Shown piece after piece: positions 1 to 8,075 of a DNA stretch of 24,244 nucleotides. The stretch is from assembly GCA_026391215.1 (NCBI GenBank), contig JAPLDX010000023.1, positions 1 through 24,244 of the forward strand. Reading direction: 5' to 3'. Numbering within the stretch: the stretch's first letter is position 1; each line of letters opens with the position of its first letter. The notes beneath the pieces are model-generated. The model was given only the letters and a program-made list of their open reading frames with translations, was not told the DNA's origin and made no database searches. The DNA comes from Bacteroidia bacterium. Its GTDB lineage: Bacteria; Bacteroidota; Bacteroidia; Bacteroidales; VadinHA17. A program made the translations under genes and the position numbers.

Positions 1-134
1 ATTCTCTAATTAAGAATCGATACTTCTGAAGATAGTTTCTTGTAAGAGTCAGATTACTTGTATTATCTCTCATAGACTAAATATTCATTTTAAGTATAAA
101 GTAAATATTGTCTACGAATTATCTAACATTTACA

Positions 135-167
135 ATTCCGAATGGAGCGAAGCGAAATGAGGAATCT
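135..167. repeat. Short palindromic REP-like element (ATTCC...GAGCGAAGCGA...GGAATCT type)
   Basis: ATTCCgaatggagcgaagcgaaatgaGGAATct: ATTCC/GGAAT inverted ends around a GAGCGAAGCGA core, in an otherwise AT-rich intergenic stretch. From memory it resembles the dispersed 'GTCATTCCGAGCGAAGCGAGGAATCT' repeats. Confidence 0.5.
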
Positions 168-221
168 TTATTTTAATTAATTCAAGCAATATCGTAAATT
201 GGTCTATTAAAATCCAATATA

Positions 222-2630
222 ATGAAAGTACTTAAAACTATCCTGATCTCACTTTTGGCGCTGATCGTGCTCGCAGTTATTGCTGGCCTTGTACTTATAA
301 CAGGCATTAAAAGAGGCGCCCTTCCGCAATATAAGGGTGAACTTACTGTAGCGGGACTTGAAAAAGAGGTTACCGTGTACAGGGACAACAGGGGCATGCC
401 GCATATTTATGCAGAGAATGAGCATGACCTCTATCTTGCTGTGGGCTATATAATGGCTCAGGAAAGACTATGGTTTATGGATCTTATACGACGTGCCACA
501 ACAGGACGATTGTCTGAAGTTATGGGCGAAACATTGGCAGAAACCGATAAATTTCTCAGATGTCTTGAAATGACAGCAAAATCAAAATTAGTATTGAGTA
601 ATGAAGATCCTGTAATTATATCCTATTTGCAGTCATTTGCTGATGGTGTGAATGCTTATATACATGATGCAGGGAAGAAACTACCTCCTGAATTCAGAAT
701 TCTTGGCTATAAACCTGATCCATGGAAACTTGAAGACATAGCCAATATAATAGGATATATGGGCTGGGACCTGGCAAAGGATAACCTTACACAGGAGATT
801 TTTTATTACAGGCTGGTACAAAAATTCGGGATTGAAAAAGCTTCTCAGCTTATTCCTGACTGGAATACCGAAAACCCCGTTGTTTTTCCTGATTTTACAT
901 TAAATGACACTCTGTTAAAAGAAGCACAGTATTTCATTTCATCAATGGATAAATTAAAAGCATTGGGTGTTATTTCATTTTCAGGAAGCAATAACTGGGC
1001 AGTTGCAGGTAAAAAAACTGAAACCGGAAAGCCGATACTTTCAAATGATATGCATCTGGGTTTTGGATCTCCGGGTATATGGTTTCAGATGCATCAGGTG
1101 ATTCCCGGAAAACTTAATGTCACAGGAGTAGCTGTCCCGGGTCAGCCATTTATCGTTTGCGGGCATAATGGAAAAATTGCCTGGGGTATTACTAATCTTA
1201 TGGTAGACGATGTTGACCTTTTTGCTGAAAAAATTAATCCTGAAAATGATAATCAGTATTTTTTCAATGGGGAATGGAAAAATATGGTGGTAAAAAAAGA
1301 AATAATAAACAAAAAAGGAGGAACGCAGGATTCTGTTATTATTAAATATACTCACAGGGGGCCGATTGTATCAGGATACAGAAAAATAGAAGATGCAGCA
1401 CTGAGTATGAGATGGTCAGGATATGATGCCAGCGATGAACTCCGGACTGTTTGCCTCCTGAACAGGGCCTCAGGGTGGGATGACTTCCGTTCAGCTATTA
1501 AGACATTCAGATCAGTCAGCCAGAACTTTGCTTATGCCGACGTGGATGGGAACATAGGGCTTAATACCGGAGGCGGCATTCCGGTAAGAAAAGGTAACGG
1601 GGCATTCATCAGGAATGGTGAAACCGAAGAATCGGATTGGAAAGGGTATGTCCCGTTTGAACAACTGCCCTCCAGCTTTAATCCTGAAAAAGGATATGTT
1701 TCTTCTGCTAATAACAAAACAGTTGATGAAAATTATCCCTACTATATAAGTTCAGCCTTCGCTCTTCCTTACAGGATCAACAGGATAAGAGAGATGCTGA
1801 ATGAAAAGGAGATATTTAATATGGAAGATTTTAAAAGAATGATAACGGACCAGCATTCCAATTTTGCTGCTTTGATGACTCCTTTTATACTGAAAATGAA
1901 TGACAGAAAAGAAAACCTGACATTGGCTGAAACCACCGCATTGAACACTCTTGCAGGATGGGACTATGATATGAGTGCAGATCTGGTTGCTCCTTCGGTT
2001 TTTGAATTCTTCAGGATATGTTTCATCAGGAACATTCTCTTTGATGAGCTGCAGGAACTGTATAACAATTACATCTCTTTATCAAGCGATTACAATGTTA
2101 TTACTGATTACTATATATACAAAATTCTTAAAACAGGTCCTGATGAATGGGTTGACGACATTAATACTCCTGAAAAGGAGACACTCGATGATATTATTCT
2201 AAAGAGCTTCAAAGACTGCGTCTCATCAATCACAGCTCAGTATGGAGAGGATCAGTCAGCATGGAAATGGGGGGATATCCACAAGATAGTTATCACTCAT
2301 CCCCTGGGGTCAGCAGTACCGCTTCTTGATAAAGTATTTGGATTCAATTCAGATGAATATTCTGTCGGAGGAAGCGACCATACAGTAAGTCCGTACTCTT
2401 TTGAACCGGGATTTATCGTAAACCACGGTGCCTCTGAAAGGCATATTTTCAATACGGCTGACTGGGATGAATCGCTGACGGTGATCCCGACAGGAGCATC
2501 AGGTATTCCTGCGAGCGAGTTTTATATGTCGCAGACAAAAGCCTATATTAATAAGGAGTTTTATAAAGATGCATTTTCTGAAGAGGCTGTTAAGACAGCA
2601 GCAAAGTATACCCTGAAGCTTATGCCATGA
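222..2630 (+). CDS. Penicillin acylase family protein (peptidase S45, Ntn hydrolase; penicillin amidase/AHL acylase-like), N-terminal membrane anchor
   Basis: 802-aa ORF with hydrophobic N-terminal helix, RDNRGMPHIYA and AQERLWFMD alpha-subunit motifs, GSNNW autocleavage/nucleophile motif, NDMHL, HNGKIAWGITN and SANN. Confidence 0.92.
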   Translation: MKVLKTILISLLALIVLAVIAGLVLITGIKRGALPQYKGELTVAGLEKEVTVYRDNRGMPHIYAENEHDLYLAVGYIMAQERLWFMDLIRRATTGRLSEVMGETLAETDKFLRCLEMTAKSKLVLSNEDPVIISYLQSFADGVNAYIHDAGKKLPPEFRILGYKPDPWKLEDIANIIGYMGWDLAKDNLTQEIFYYRLVQKFGIEKASQLIPDWNTENPVVFPDFTLNDTLLKEAQYFISSMDKLKALGVISFSGSNNWAVAGKKTETGKPILSNDMHLGFGSPGIWFQMHQVIPGKLNVTGVAVPGQPFIVCGHNGKIAWGITNLMVDDVDLFAEKINPENDNQYFFNGEWKNMVVKKEIINKKGGTQDSVIIKYTHRGPIVSGYRKIEDAALSMRWSGYDASDELRTVCLLNRASGWDDFRSAIKTFRSVSQNFAYADVDGNIGLNTGGGIPVRKGNGAFIRNGETEESDWKGYVPFEQLPSSFNPEKGYVSSANNKTVDENYPYYISSAFALPYRINRIREMLNEKEIFNMEDFKRMITDQHSNFAALMTPFILKMNDRKENLTLAETTALNTLAGWDYDMSADLVAPSVFEFFRICFIRNILFDELQELYNNYISLSSDYNVITDYYIYKILKTGPDEWVDDINTPEKETLDDIILKSFKDCVSSITAQYGEDQSAWKWGDIHKIVITHPLGSAVPLLDKVFGFNSDEYSVGGSDHTVSPYSFEPGFIVNHGASERHIFNTADWDESLTVIPTGASGIPASEFYMSQTKAYINKEFYKDAFSEEAVKTAAKYTLKLMP

Positions 2631-2632
2631 GG

Positions 2633-2777
2633 CCTCATCCCCCAACCCCCTTCTCCCAGGAGAGAAGGGGGCTAATATAGTGTTTATTAATAAGTTACCC
2701 CGCTTTGTGATAAGCGGGGTATTCCAATGTTTTTATTAAAAGTCCCTCCCTCTCCGGGGGAGGGATTTAGGGAGAGG
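2633..2777. repeat. Inverted REP-like doublet with central hairpin between convergent genes; probable bidirectional terminator region
   Basis: Three hairpins: CCCCCTTCTC/GAGAAGGGGG (2646-2671), perfect TACCCCGCTT/AAGCGGGGTA (2696-2721) and TCCCTCCC/GGGAGGGA (2743-2765). The outer tails cctcatcccccaa and tttagggagagg are imperfect inverted copies. Confidence 0.8.
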
Positions 2778-2781
2778 TTTC

Positions 2782-3345
2782 TTAAACCGTCATAACATCC
2801 TTTTCCTTTGTGGCCATCACCTTATCCACTTTACTGTTGTAAGTAGTTGTCAGCTCCTGCACTTTTTCTTCAGCTTCTTTTTCAGTGTCTTCAGGAAGGC
2901 CGTCTTTCTGGAGTTGTTTTAATTCATCATTGGCCCATTTCCTGGTAGTGCGGACACTTATCTTAGCGGTTTCACCTTCATTCCGCACCTGTTTGACAAG
3001 CTGATGCCGTCTTTCTTCTGTCAGAGGAGGAATATTTATTCGGATAACCTCTCCGTTGTTGATTGGCATGAGTCCTATATTGGCTGCCATAATTGCTTTT
3101 TCAATGGTCCCGAGCATGTTTTTTTCCCATGGCTGAATCAGGATCGTTTTCGGATCAGGAGTGTTTATGTTTGAAACCTGTGCTAATGGCGAGTTGACTC
3201 CGTAATAGTCAACTGTTATCCCATCAAGAAGTGCAGGATTTGATCTTCCTGCACGAAGCCGGGCAAGTTCATGCTCAAGATGATCAAGAGCTTTTTCCAT
3301 CCTGTCCTTTGTTTCATCTATTATCAGTTCAACTTCTTCGTTCAT
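2782..3345 (-). CDS. frr: Ribosome recycling factor
   Basis: LRAGRSNPALLDGITVDYYG and IPPLTEERR motifs; 187 aa; canonical position after pyrH. Confidence 0.98.
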   Translation of the reverse strand: MNEEVELIIDETKDRMEKALDHLEHELARLRAGRSNPALLDGITVDYYGVNSPLAQVSNINTPDPKTILIQPWEKNMLGTIEKAIMAANIGLMPINNGEVIRINIPPLTEERRHQLVKQVRNEGETAKISVRTTRKWANDELKQLQKDGLPEDTEKEAEEKVQELTTTYNSKVDKVMATKEKDVMTV

Positions 3346-3407
3346 ATAGATCAGGTTGTCTGGATTTGTATTCTATCAATTATTGTTTCAAAATGTCACA
3401 ATTATAA

Positions 3408-3437
3408 CAAAAATAATAAATTAGACGGAAAAGCAAT
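3408..3437 (-). promoter_or_regulatory. Putative Bacteroidota primary-sigma promoter for frr
   Basis: Minus strand TATTTTTG (3415-3408) matches -7 TAnnTTTG; ATTG lies about 18 nt upstream as an imperfect -33. Confidence 0.5.
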
Positions 3438-3443
3438 TCCCTT

Positions 3444-4151
3444 TTAATTATAAATAAGAGTTCCGGTTTTTGTGCCGTTAACAACTTTCATCAGATTACC
3501 GGGCTTGTTCATATCAAACACTATAACCGGCATATCATTCTCACGGCACATAGTAAAGGCTGTGGAATCCATAATTTTGAGCCTGAGAGCTATTGCCTCC
3601 TCAAAAGAGATCTTATCAAATTTCCTGGCCTTCGGGTCCTTTTCCGGATCAGCGGTATACACACCGTCCACCCTGGTGCCTTTGAGAAGCACGTCTGCGC
3701 CGATTTCCACTGCCCTGAGAGCTGAAGCTGTATCGGTTGTAAAAAATGGATTTCCTGTTCCGCCTGAAAGAATACAAACTGATCCTCTTTTCATTTCTTC
3801 AACAACTTTGTCCCTGTTATAAAGCTCTCCAACAGGCTCCATTCTTATTGAAGTGAATACAGTCGCTTTTCCTCCCAGCTTTTTGATGGCGCTTTCCAGG
3901 GCAAGGCTGTTTATAATTGTTGCCAGCATGCCCATCTGGTCTCCTTTTACCCTGTCAAATCCCGATTTTGTACCGCTTAAGCCGCGAAAGATATTTCCTC
4001 CTCCGATCACTATGGAAACCTCGCATTTTTTATTCACCACTTCAATGACCTGCCTTGCATATTCATCGAGAACAGTTTCATTTATACCATGGTTTCCTTT
4101 TCCGGCCAATGACTCGCCGCTGAGCTTCAACAGGATCCTGGAGTATTTCAT
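3444..4151 (-). CDS. pyrH: UMP kinase
   Basis: RILLKLSGE, IVIGGGNIFRG, GDQMGMLAT and GTGNPFFTTDTA motifs; lies between tsf and frr. Confidence 0.98.
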   Translation of the reverse strand: MKYSRILLKLSGESLAGKGNHGINETVLDEYARQVIEVVNKKCEVSIVIGGGNIFRGLSGTKSGFDRVKGDQMGMLATIINSLALESAIKKLGGKATVFTSIRMEPVGELYNRDKVVEEMKRGSVCILSGGTGNPFFTTDTASALRAVEIGADVLLKGTRVDGVYTADPEKDPKARKFDKISFEEAIALRLKIMDSTAFTMCRENDMPVIVFDMNKPGNLMKVVNGTKTGTLIYN

Positions 4152-4170
4152 ATAAGATGTTTATTTATTG

Positions 4171-4178
4171 TAAAGATA
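4171..4178 (-). promoter_or_regulatory. Possible -7 box (TATCTTTA) for pyrH, abutting the tsf terminator
   Basis: One mismatch to TAnnTTTG, about 20 nt upstream of the pyrH ATG. Confidence 0.4.
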
Positions 4179-4208
4179 AAAAAAAGGCGGCACTTCGTGG
4201 CGCCACCT
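4178..4208 (-). terminator. Intrinsic terminator after tsf
   Basis: Minus-strand RNA AGGUGGCGC-CACGAA-GUGCCGCCU (9-bp stem with two G.U pairs) followed by a U run, about 25 nt after the tsf stop. Confidence 0.8.
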
Positions 4209-4232
4209 GAATATCGAATTATGAACTTACGT

Positions 4233-5063
4233 TTACAGGTTAAGGGTATATCTTTTAAAAGATGTAACCGTAAGATCTTTATCTGCTGATTTCAGATATT
4301 GTCCTATGGTCACCTTGCTGTCCTTTATAAATTCCTGGTTAAGCAATGTGCTTTCCTTATAGAATTTACTGAGTTTTCCCTGTGCGATTTTTTCAAGCAT
4401 CGCTTCAGGCTTTCCGTCGCGTCGTGCCTGTTCCTTTCCAATCTCAAGCTCCTGAGCAATTACTGCCTGGGGAACATCATTCTTATCAATAGCAACGGGA
4501 TTCATGGCAGCTACCTGCATTGCCACATCCTTGTAAACCTGCATATCTAATCCGGCCTTTGAAAAACCAACAAGCGTTGATAGTTTGTTGCCGGGATGAA
4601 TATATGCGTGCACATGAGGTGCTTCAATTTTATCGTAATATGATAATTCAAGCTTTTCACCGATTATCCCGATATATTCCACAACCTTGTCTCCGATTTT
4701 GGTCCCATCCAGTGGGAGCGATTTCAAAGCATCAAGGTCAGCAGGATTTTTTGTAACTGCTATATCAAGTATTTTATTAGCAAATCCGATGAATTCGGCG
4801 TTTTTTGCAACAAAGTCAGATTCACTGTTCAGGACTATCATTGCACCTGATTTGCCGTTTGCATTTACCTTTGCAAGGACAACACCTTCAGTAGCTTCCC
4901 TGTCAGCTCTTTTATTGGCAACAGCCTGTCCTTTTTTCCGGATTATTTCAATTGCCTTATCAAAGTTTCCATCTGCTTCTTCAAGAGCTTTCTTGCAATC
5001 CATCATGCCTGCAAGGGTAACCCTTCTGAGTTTTGCAACATCAGCACTGCTTATAGTAGCCAT
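4233..5063 (-). CDS. tsf: Translation elongation factor Ts
   Basis: AGMMDCKKAL, ESDFVAKN, VAMQVAAMNP and TLLNQEFIKD motifs; follows rpsB. Confidence 0.98.
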   Translation of the reverse strand: MATISSADVAKLRRVTLAGMMDCKKALEEADGNFDKAIEIIRKKGQAVANKRADREATEGVVLAKVNANGKSGAMIVLNSESDFVAKNAEFIGFANKILDIAVTKNPADLDALKSLPLDGTKIGDKVVEYIGIIGEKLELSYYDKIEAPHVHAYIHPGNKLSTLVGFSKAGLDMQVYKDVAMQVAAMNPVAIDKNDVPQAVIAQELEIGKEQARRDGKPEAMLEKIAQGKLSKFYKESTLLNQEFIKDSKVTIGQYLKSADKDLTVTSFKRYTLNL

Positions 5064-5099
5064 TGTATTATATTTTTGGGTTGTATAAAGTAAACTTTA

Positions 5100-5882
5100 T
5101 TATGCTTCGGACTCGGTTTCTTCAGCCGGACTTGCGATATCAACGTGTTCATCTGCAACAACCTCGTCTTCAGCTTCTTCCTCTTCTTCCTCTTCTTCAA
5201 CTATTGCCTTGATAAGGGATTCAGGAATATCCTTTGTCTCAAGTTCTTTTCTTATTACGTTCCTGTCTCTGGACTGAGGCTCCTTATCTTTTTCAATTTT
5301 CCTTTCATTGAGACCTTCTTCAATTGACTGGCAAAGGATTTCAATTATCAGCGAAATTGATTTTGATGCATCATCATTAGCCGGGATCGGAAAATCTATT
5401 TCTGTAGGATCGGAATTAGTGTCAACCATTGCGAATACAGGTATTCCGAGCCTTTTAGCTTCCCTTACAGCAATATGTTCCTTGCACACATCAACAATAA
5501 ACAGGGCGGAAGGAAGACGCGTAAGGTCAATAATACTGCCAAGGTTCTTTTCAAGCTTGGCTCTCTGCCTTGTAACCTGAAGCATTCCTCCGGGCCAGCG
5601 TTCAGTCACATAAGGCATATTTACCTTATTGACTTTTTCGGCAACTATCTCTTTTGCCTGTTTCTTGGTAGCAACAAATAATATTTTCTTCCCCGATTTT
5701 GCAATATGCTTCATGGCTGAAGCAGCTTCATCGAGTTTGATTATTGTTTTTTCAAGGTCAATAATATGAATACCGTTACGCTCCATAAATATATAAGGAG
5801 CCATTGCAGGATTCCATTTCCTTTTCAGGTGCCCGAAGTGAACACCGGCATCAAGTAATTCTTTGAAATTTGTTCTTGGCAT
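5100..5882 (-). CDS. rpsB: 30S ribosomal protein S2 (uS2) with an apparent internal in-frame deletion of about 34 aa and an acidic C-terminal tail
   Basis: AGVHFGHLKRKWNPAM, ERWPGGML and VDTNSDP...IPANDDA motifs. GGML runs directly into QVTRQRAKLEK without the usual TNF...helix segment. Confidence 0.95.
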   Translation of the reverse strand: MPRTNFKELLDAGVHFGHLKRKWNPAMAPYIFMERNGIHIIDLEKTIIKLDEAASAMKHIAKSGKKILFVATKKQAKEIVAEKVNKVNMPYVTERWPGGMLQVTRQRAKLEKNLGSIIDLTRLPSALFIVDVCKEHIAVREAKRLGIPVFAMVDTNSDPTEIDFPIPANDDASKSISLIIEILCQSIEEGLNERKIEKDKEPQSRDRNVIRKELETKDIPESLIKAIVEEEEEEEEAEDEVVADEHVDIASPAEETESEA

Positions 5883-5894
5883 TTTTTAAAATTT

Positions 5895-5968
5895 AAGTTT
5901 ACATTCCTTCAATCAATTGCAGAGTAGCCCCGCCTTGCGGGAGTCTTTGCAATTTAGATACTAAACTT
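5895..5968 (-). ncRNA. Structured rpsB 5' leader (putative S2 autogenous regulatory RNA)
   Basis: Nested pairings: AAGTTTA/TAAACTT (5895-5901/5962-5968), AATTGCAGAG/CTTTGCAATT (5915-5924/5945-5954, one mismatch) and an apical CCCGC/GCGGG stem. Lies immediately upstream of rpsB and has no U tail. Confidence 0.6.
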
Positions 5969-5995
5969 GCATCTCTATTGATTGTTCTTTAATTC

Positions 5996-6382
5996 CTAAC
6001 GTTTGCTGAACTGGAATCTCTTCCTGGCTTTTGGTCTTCCGGATTTTTTCCTTTCAACCTCACGCGGATCCCTTGTAACAAAACCGCTGGCCTTAAGCGC
6101 TTTTTTACTTTCTTCATCAATTTTAATGAGAGCCCTGGTGATCCCCAGGCGAAGAGCTTCAGCCTGACCTTTGACACCACCGCCTTCAAGATTTACATTG
6201 ATATCGTATTTATCTGCTGCATTCAGGAGATTCAGCGGCTGGGTGACCATATAATGAAGGATCTCAGTTCCGAAATATTCTTTATAATCCTTACCATTAA
6301 CGGTAATTTTACCTTTGCCATCACTTACATATACTCTGGCAACGGCTGCTTTCCTTCTTCCAATAGCATTAATAGCTTCCAT
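5996..6382 (-). CDS. rpsI: 30S ribosomal protein S9
   Basis: GRRKAAVARV, GGGVKGQAEA and TRDPREVERKK...FQFSKR motifs. Confidence 0.99.
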   Translation of the reverse strand: MEAINAIGRRKAAVARVYVSDGKGKITVNGKDYKEYFGTEILHYMVTQPLNLLNAADKYDINVNLEGGGVKGQAEALRLGITRALIKIDEESKKALKASGFVTRDPREVERKKSGRPKARKRFQFSKR

Positions 6383-6399
6383 AAGACATTCCCTGGTTG

Positions 6400-6846
6400 T
6401 TAATTAATTTCAATTTTTTTTGGTTTTTGTGCTTCATGCGGATGAGATGTTCCGGTATAAACATGCATGTTCTTGAAAATAGCATTTCCGAGACGGTTTT
6501 TCGGAAGCATCCCTCTGACAGCATTCTCAACAAGACCTATCGGCTTCTTTTTAAGCATCTCCTCGGCAGAAGTAAATTTTTGTCCTCCCGGGTATCCGGT
6601 ATACCTTACATATTGTTTATCAGACCATTTTTCGCCTGTCAGAACAACTTTATCAGCATTTATTACAACAACATTGTCGCCGCAGTCAACATGCGGAGTA
6701 AAATTCGTCTTATGCTTTCCCCTCAGCATGTTGGCAATTTTCGTTGCAAGACGACCAAGCACTGCGCCTTCAGCATCAATTAAAACCCACTCCTTGTTAA
6801 CAGTCGTCTTATTTGCCGATACTGTTTTGTAACTTAAGGTGTTCAC
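6400..6846 (-). CDS. rplM: 50S ribosomal protein L13 (GTG start)
   Basis: WVLIDA, LGRLAT, FTPHVDCGDNVVVINA, RGMLPKNRLG and HPHEAQKP motifs. Confidence 0.99.
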   Translation of the reverse strand: MNTLSYKTVSANKTTVNKEWVLIDAEGAVLGRLATKIANMLRGKHKTNFTPHVDCGDNVVVINADKVVLTGEKWSDKQYVRYTGYPGGQKFTSAEEMLKKKPIGLVENAVRGMLPKNRLGNAIFKNMHVYTGTSHPHEAQKPKKIEIN

Positions 6847-6888
6847 TTGATATTAGTTTTTAAATGAAATACTTAATAATTAATGTAA

Positions 6889-6918
6889 AAACCCTCTGAT
6901 TTCGGGTTTGCAAAAATA
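6889..6918 (-). promoter_or_regulatory. rplM operon promoter -7 box and 5' leader hairpin
   Basis: Minus strand TATTTTTG (6918-6911) matches TAnnTTTG and is followed by an AAACCC-N9-GGGTTT hairpin (6909-6889). Confidence 0.6.
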
Positions 6919-7018
6919 CAACATATTTCATAAAAAAAAAGAAATCCGGACAGAATTTATGCATGTAATCAAAACTAACCTTATTTTTACATTCCTTTTC
7001 GGTTTAAAGAATAAGAAA

Positions 7019-7489
7019 ATGAATGACGACAGATCTTTGTTGCAGCATGCAGTAAAATTAGCCTGCAACGGGATAAAAGAAGGAGGGGGACCTTTTGGCG
7101 CAGTGATCACGAAAAACGGAAGAATACTTTCTGAGGCAAATAACAGAGTCGTTCTTTCTCACGATCCGACAGCTCATGCAGAAGTGCTTGCCATAAGAAA
7201 AGCCTGTGAGGTTCTGAAATCGCATGATCTTACCGGGTGTGTCATTTACGCTTCTTGCGAACCCTGTCCAATGTGTCTTGGAGCGATCTACTGGTCAGGA
7301 ATAAGGAAGGTAGTTTATGCTTCTGACCGTTCTGATGCTACAGCTTCAGGTTTTAATGACAGTATGATCTATGACGAAATAAAACTCGCACCTTCGAAAA
7401 GGAAAATCGCATTCATTCATCTGCCGGAAACAGGGGGAGAGGAAGCATTCAGACAATGGGCGCAGTTTGAAGGTAAAATACCCTATTGA
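7019..7489 (+). CDS. guaD: Nucleoside/nucleobase deaminase, guanine deaminase-like (cytidine deaminase fold)
   Basis: GGPFGAVI, DPTAHAEV and SCEPCPMCLGAIYW zinc motifs, GFNDSMIY. The ATG at 7019 after an A-rich tract is preferred to the TTG at 6908. Confidence 0.85.
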   Translation: MNDDRSLLQHAVKLACNGIKEGGGPFGAVITKNGRILSEANNRVVLSHDPTAHAEVLAIRKACEVLKSHDLTGCVIYASCEPCPMCLGAIYWSGIRKVVYASDRSDATASGFNDSMIYDEIKLAPSKRKIAFIHLPETGGEEAFRQWAQFEGKIPY

Positions 7490-7490
7490 A

Positions 7491-8075
7491 ATGACCGGGG
7501 TAAAAAGGCTGAAACGCAGTTTTTTCATCCGGGATGTCCTTTATGTCGCCCCTGATCTTATCGGGAAAATACTTGTCATCAAGTCAGAACATGATGATAT
7601 TCAGCGGTTTATGATAACCGAAACTGAAGCATACCGCGGAGCTGAGGATAAAGCCTGTCATGCCAGCAAGGGGAGAACCCCAAGGACCGAAGTAATGTAC
7701 CGGGAAGGCGGCAGTATCTATGTTTATTTTGTCTACGGAATGTACTGGATGCTCAATTTTGTAGCCGGTGAGGAGAATGAACCACAGGCAGCGCTGATAA
7801 GAGGTATTGAAAGACATAACGGCCCCGGGAAGCTGACAAAAGCATTGAAAATTGACGGTTCATTCTATGGGGAGGACCTGACTGCCTCAGACCGTATATG
7901 GGTCGAGGATACAGGTTTTATGCCGGAAATCAGAACCGGTCCCAGGATCGGTATCAATTATGCCGGTGATCCCTGGATCAACAAACCCTGGAGGTATTGT
8001 TTGAACCGACCCCCCAACCCCTCCCGCCCTCCGGTCGGGACAGGCTCTGAAGGGGGGCTAAATAGCGATACCTAA
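7491..8075 (+). CDS. mpg: DNA-3-methyladenine glycosylase (MPG/AAG family)
   Basis: ITETEAY, DKACHAS, YVYFVYGMYWMLN, NGPGKLTKAL, GPRIGI and PWRY motifs. The ATG at 7491 is 1 nt after the deaminase stop. The last ~23 aa are read through a repeat. Confidence 0.92.
   Translation: MTGVKRLKRSFFIRDVLYVAPDLIGKILVIKSEHDDIQRFMITETEAYRGAEDKACHASKGRTPRTEVMYREGGSIYVYFVYGMYWMLNFVAGEENEPQAALIRGIERHNGPGKLTKALKIDGSFYGEDLTASDRIWVEDTGFMPEIRTGPRIGINYAGDPWINKPWRYCLNRPPNPSRPPVGTGSEGGLNSDT

Noticed and set aside
4810-5030. EF-Ts motif variants (TLAGMMDCK, NSESDFV)
   Set aside because: Single substitutions in an otherwise full-length protein; likely ordinary lineage variation.
5161-5200. GAA/GAG-rich tract in rpsB
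   Set aside because: It encodes the poly-Glu acidic tail; variable charged tails are common in S2.
5989-6189. 66-aa same-strand ORF overlapping rpsI in another frame
   Set aside because: Almost wholly inside the conserved rpsI; no independent evidence for translation.
6908-7018. Long N-terminal extension of the deaminase from TTG 6908
   Set aside because: It crosses the divergent promoter region and is low-complexity; ATG 7019 gives a typical-length protein.
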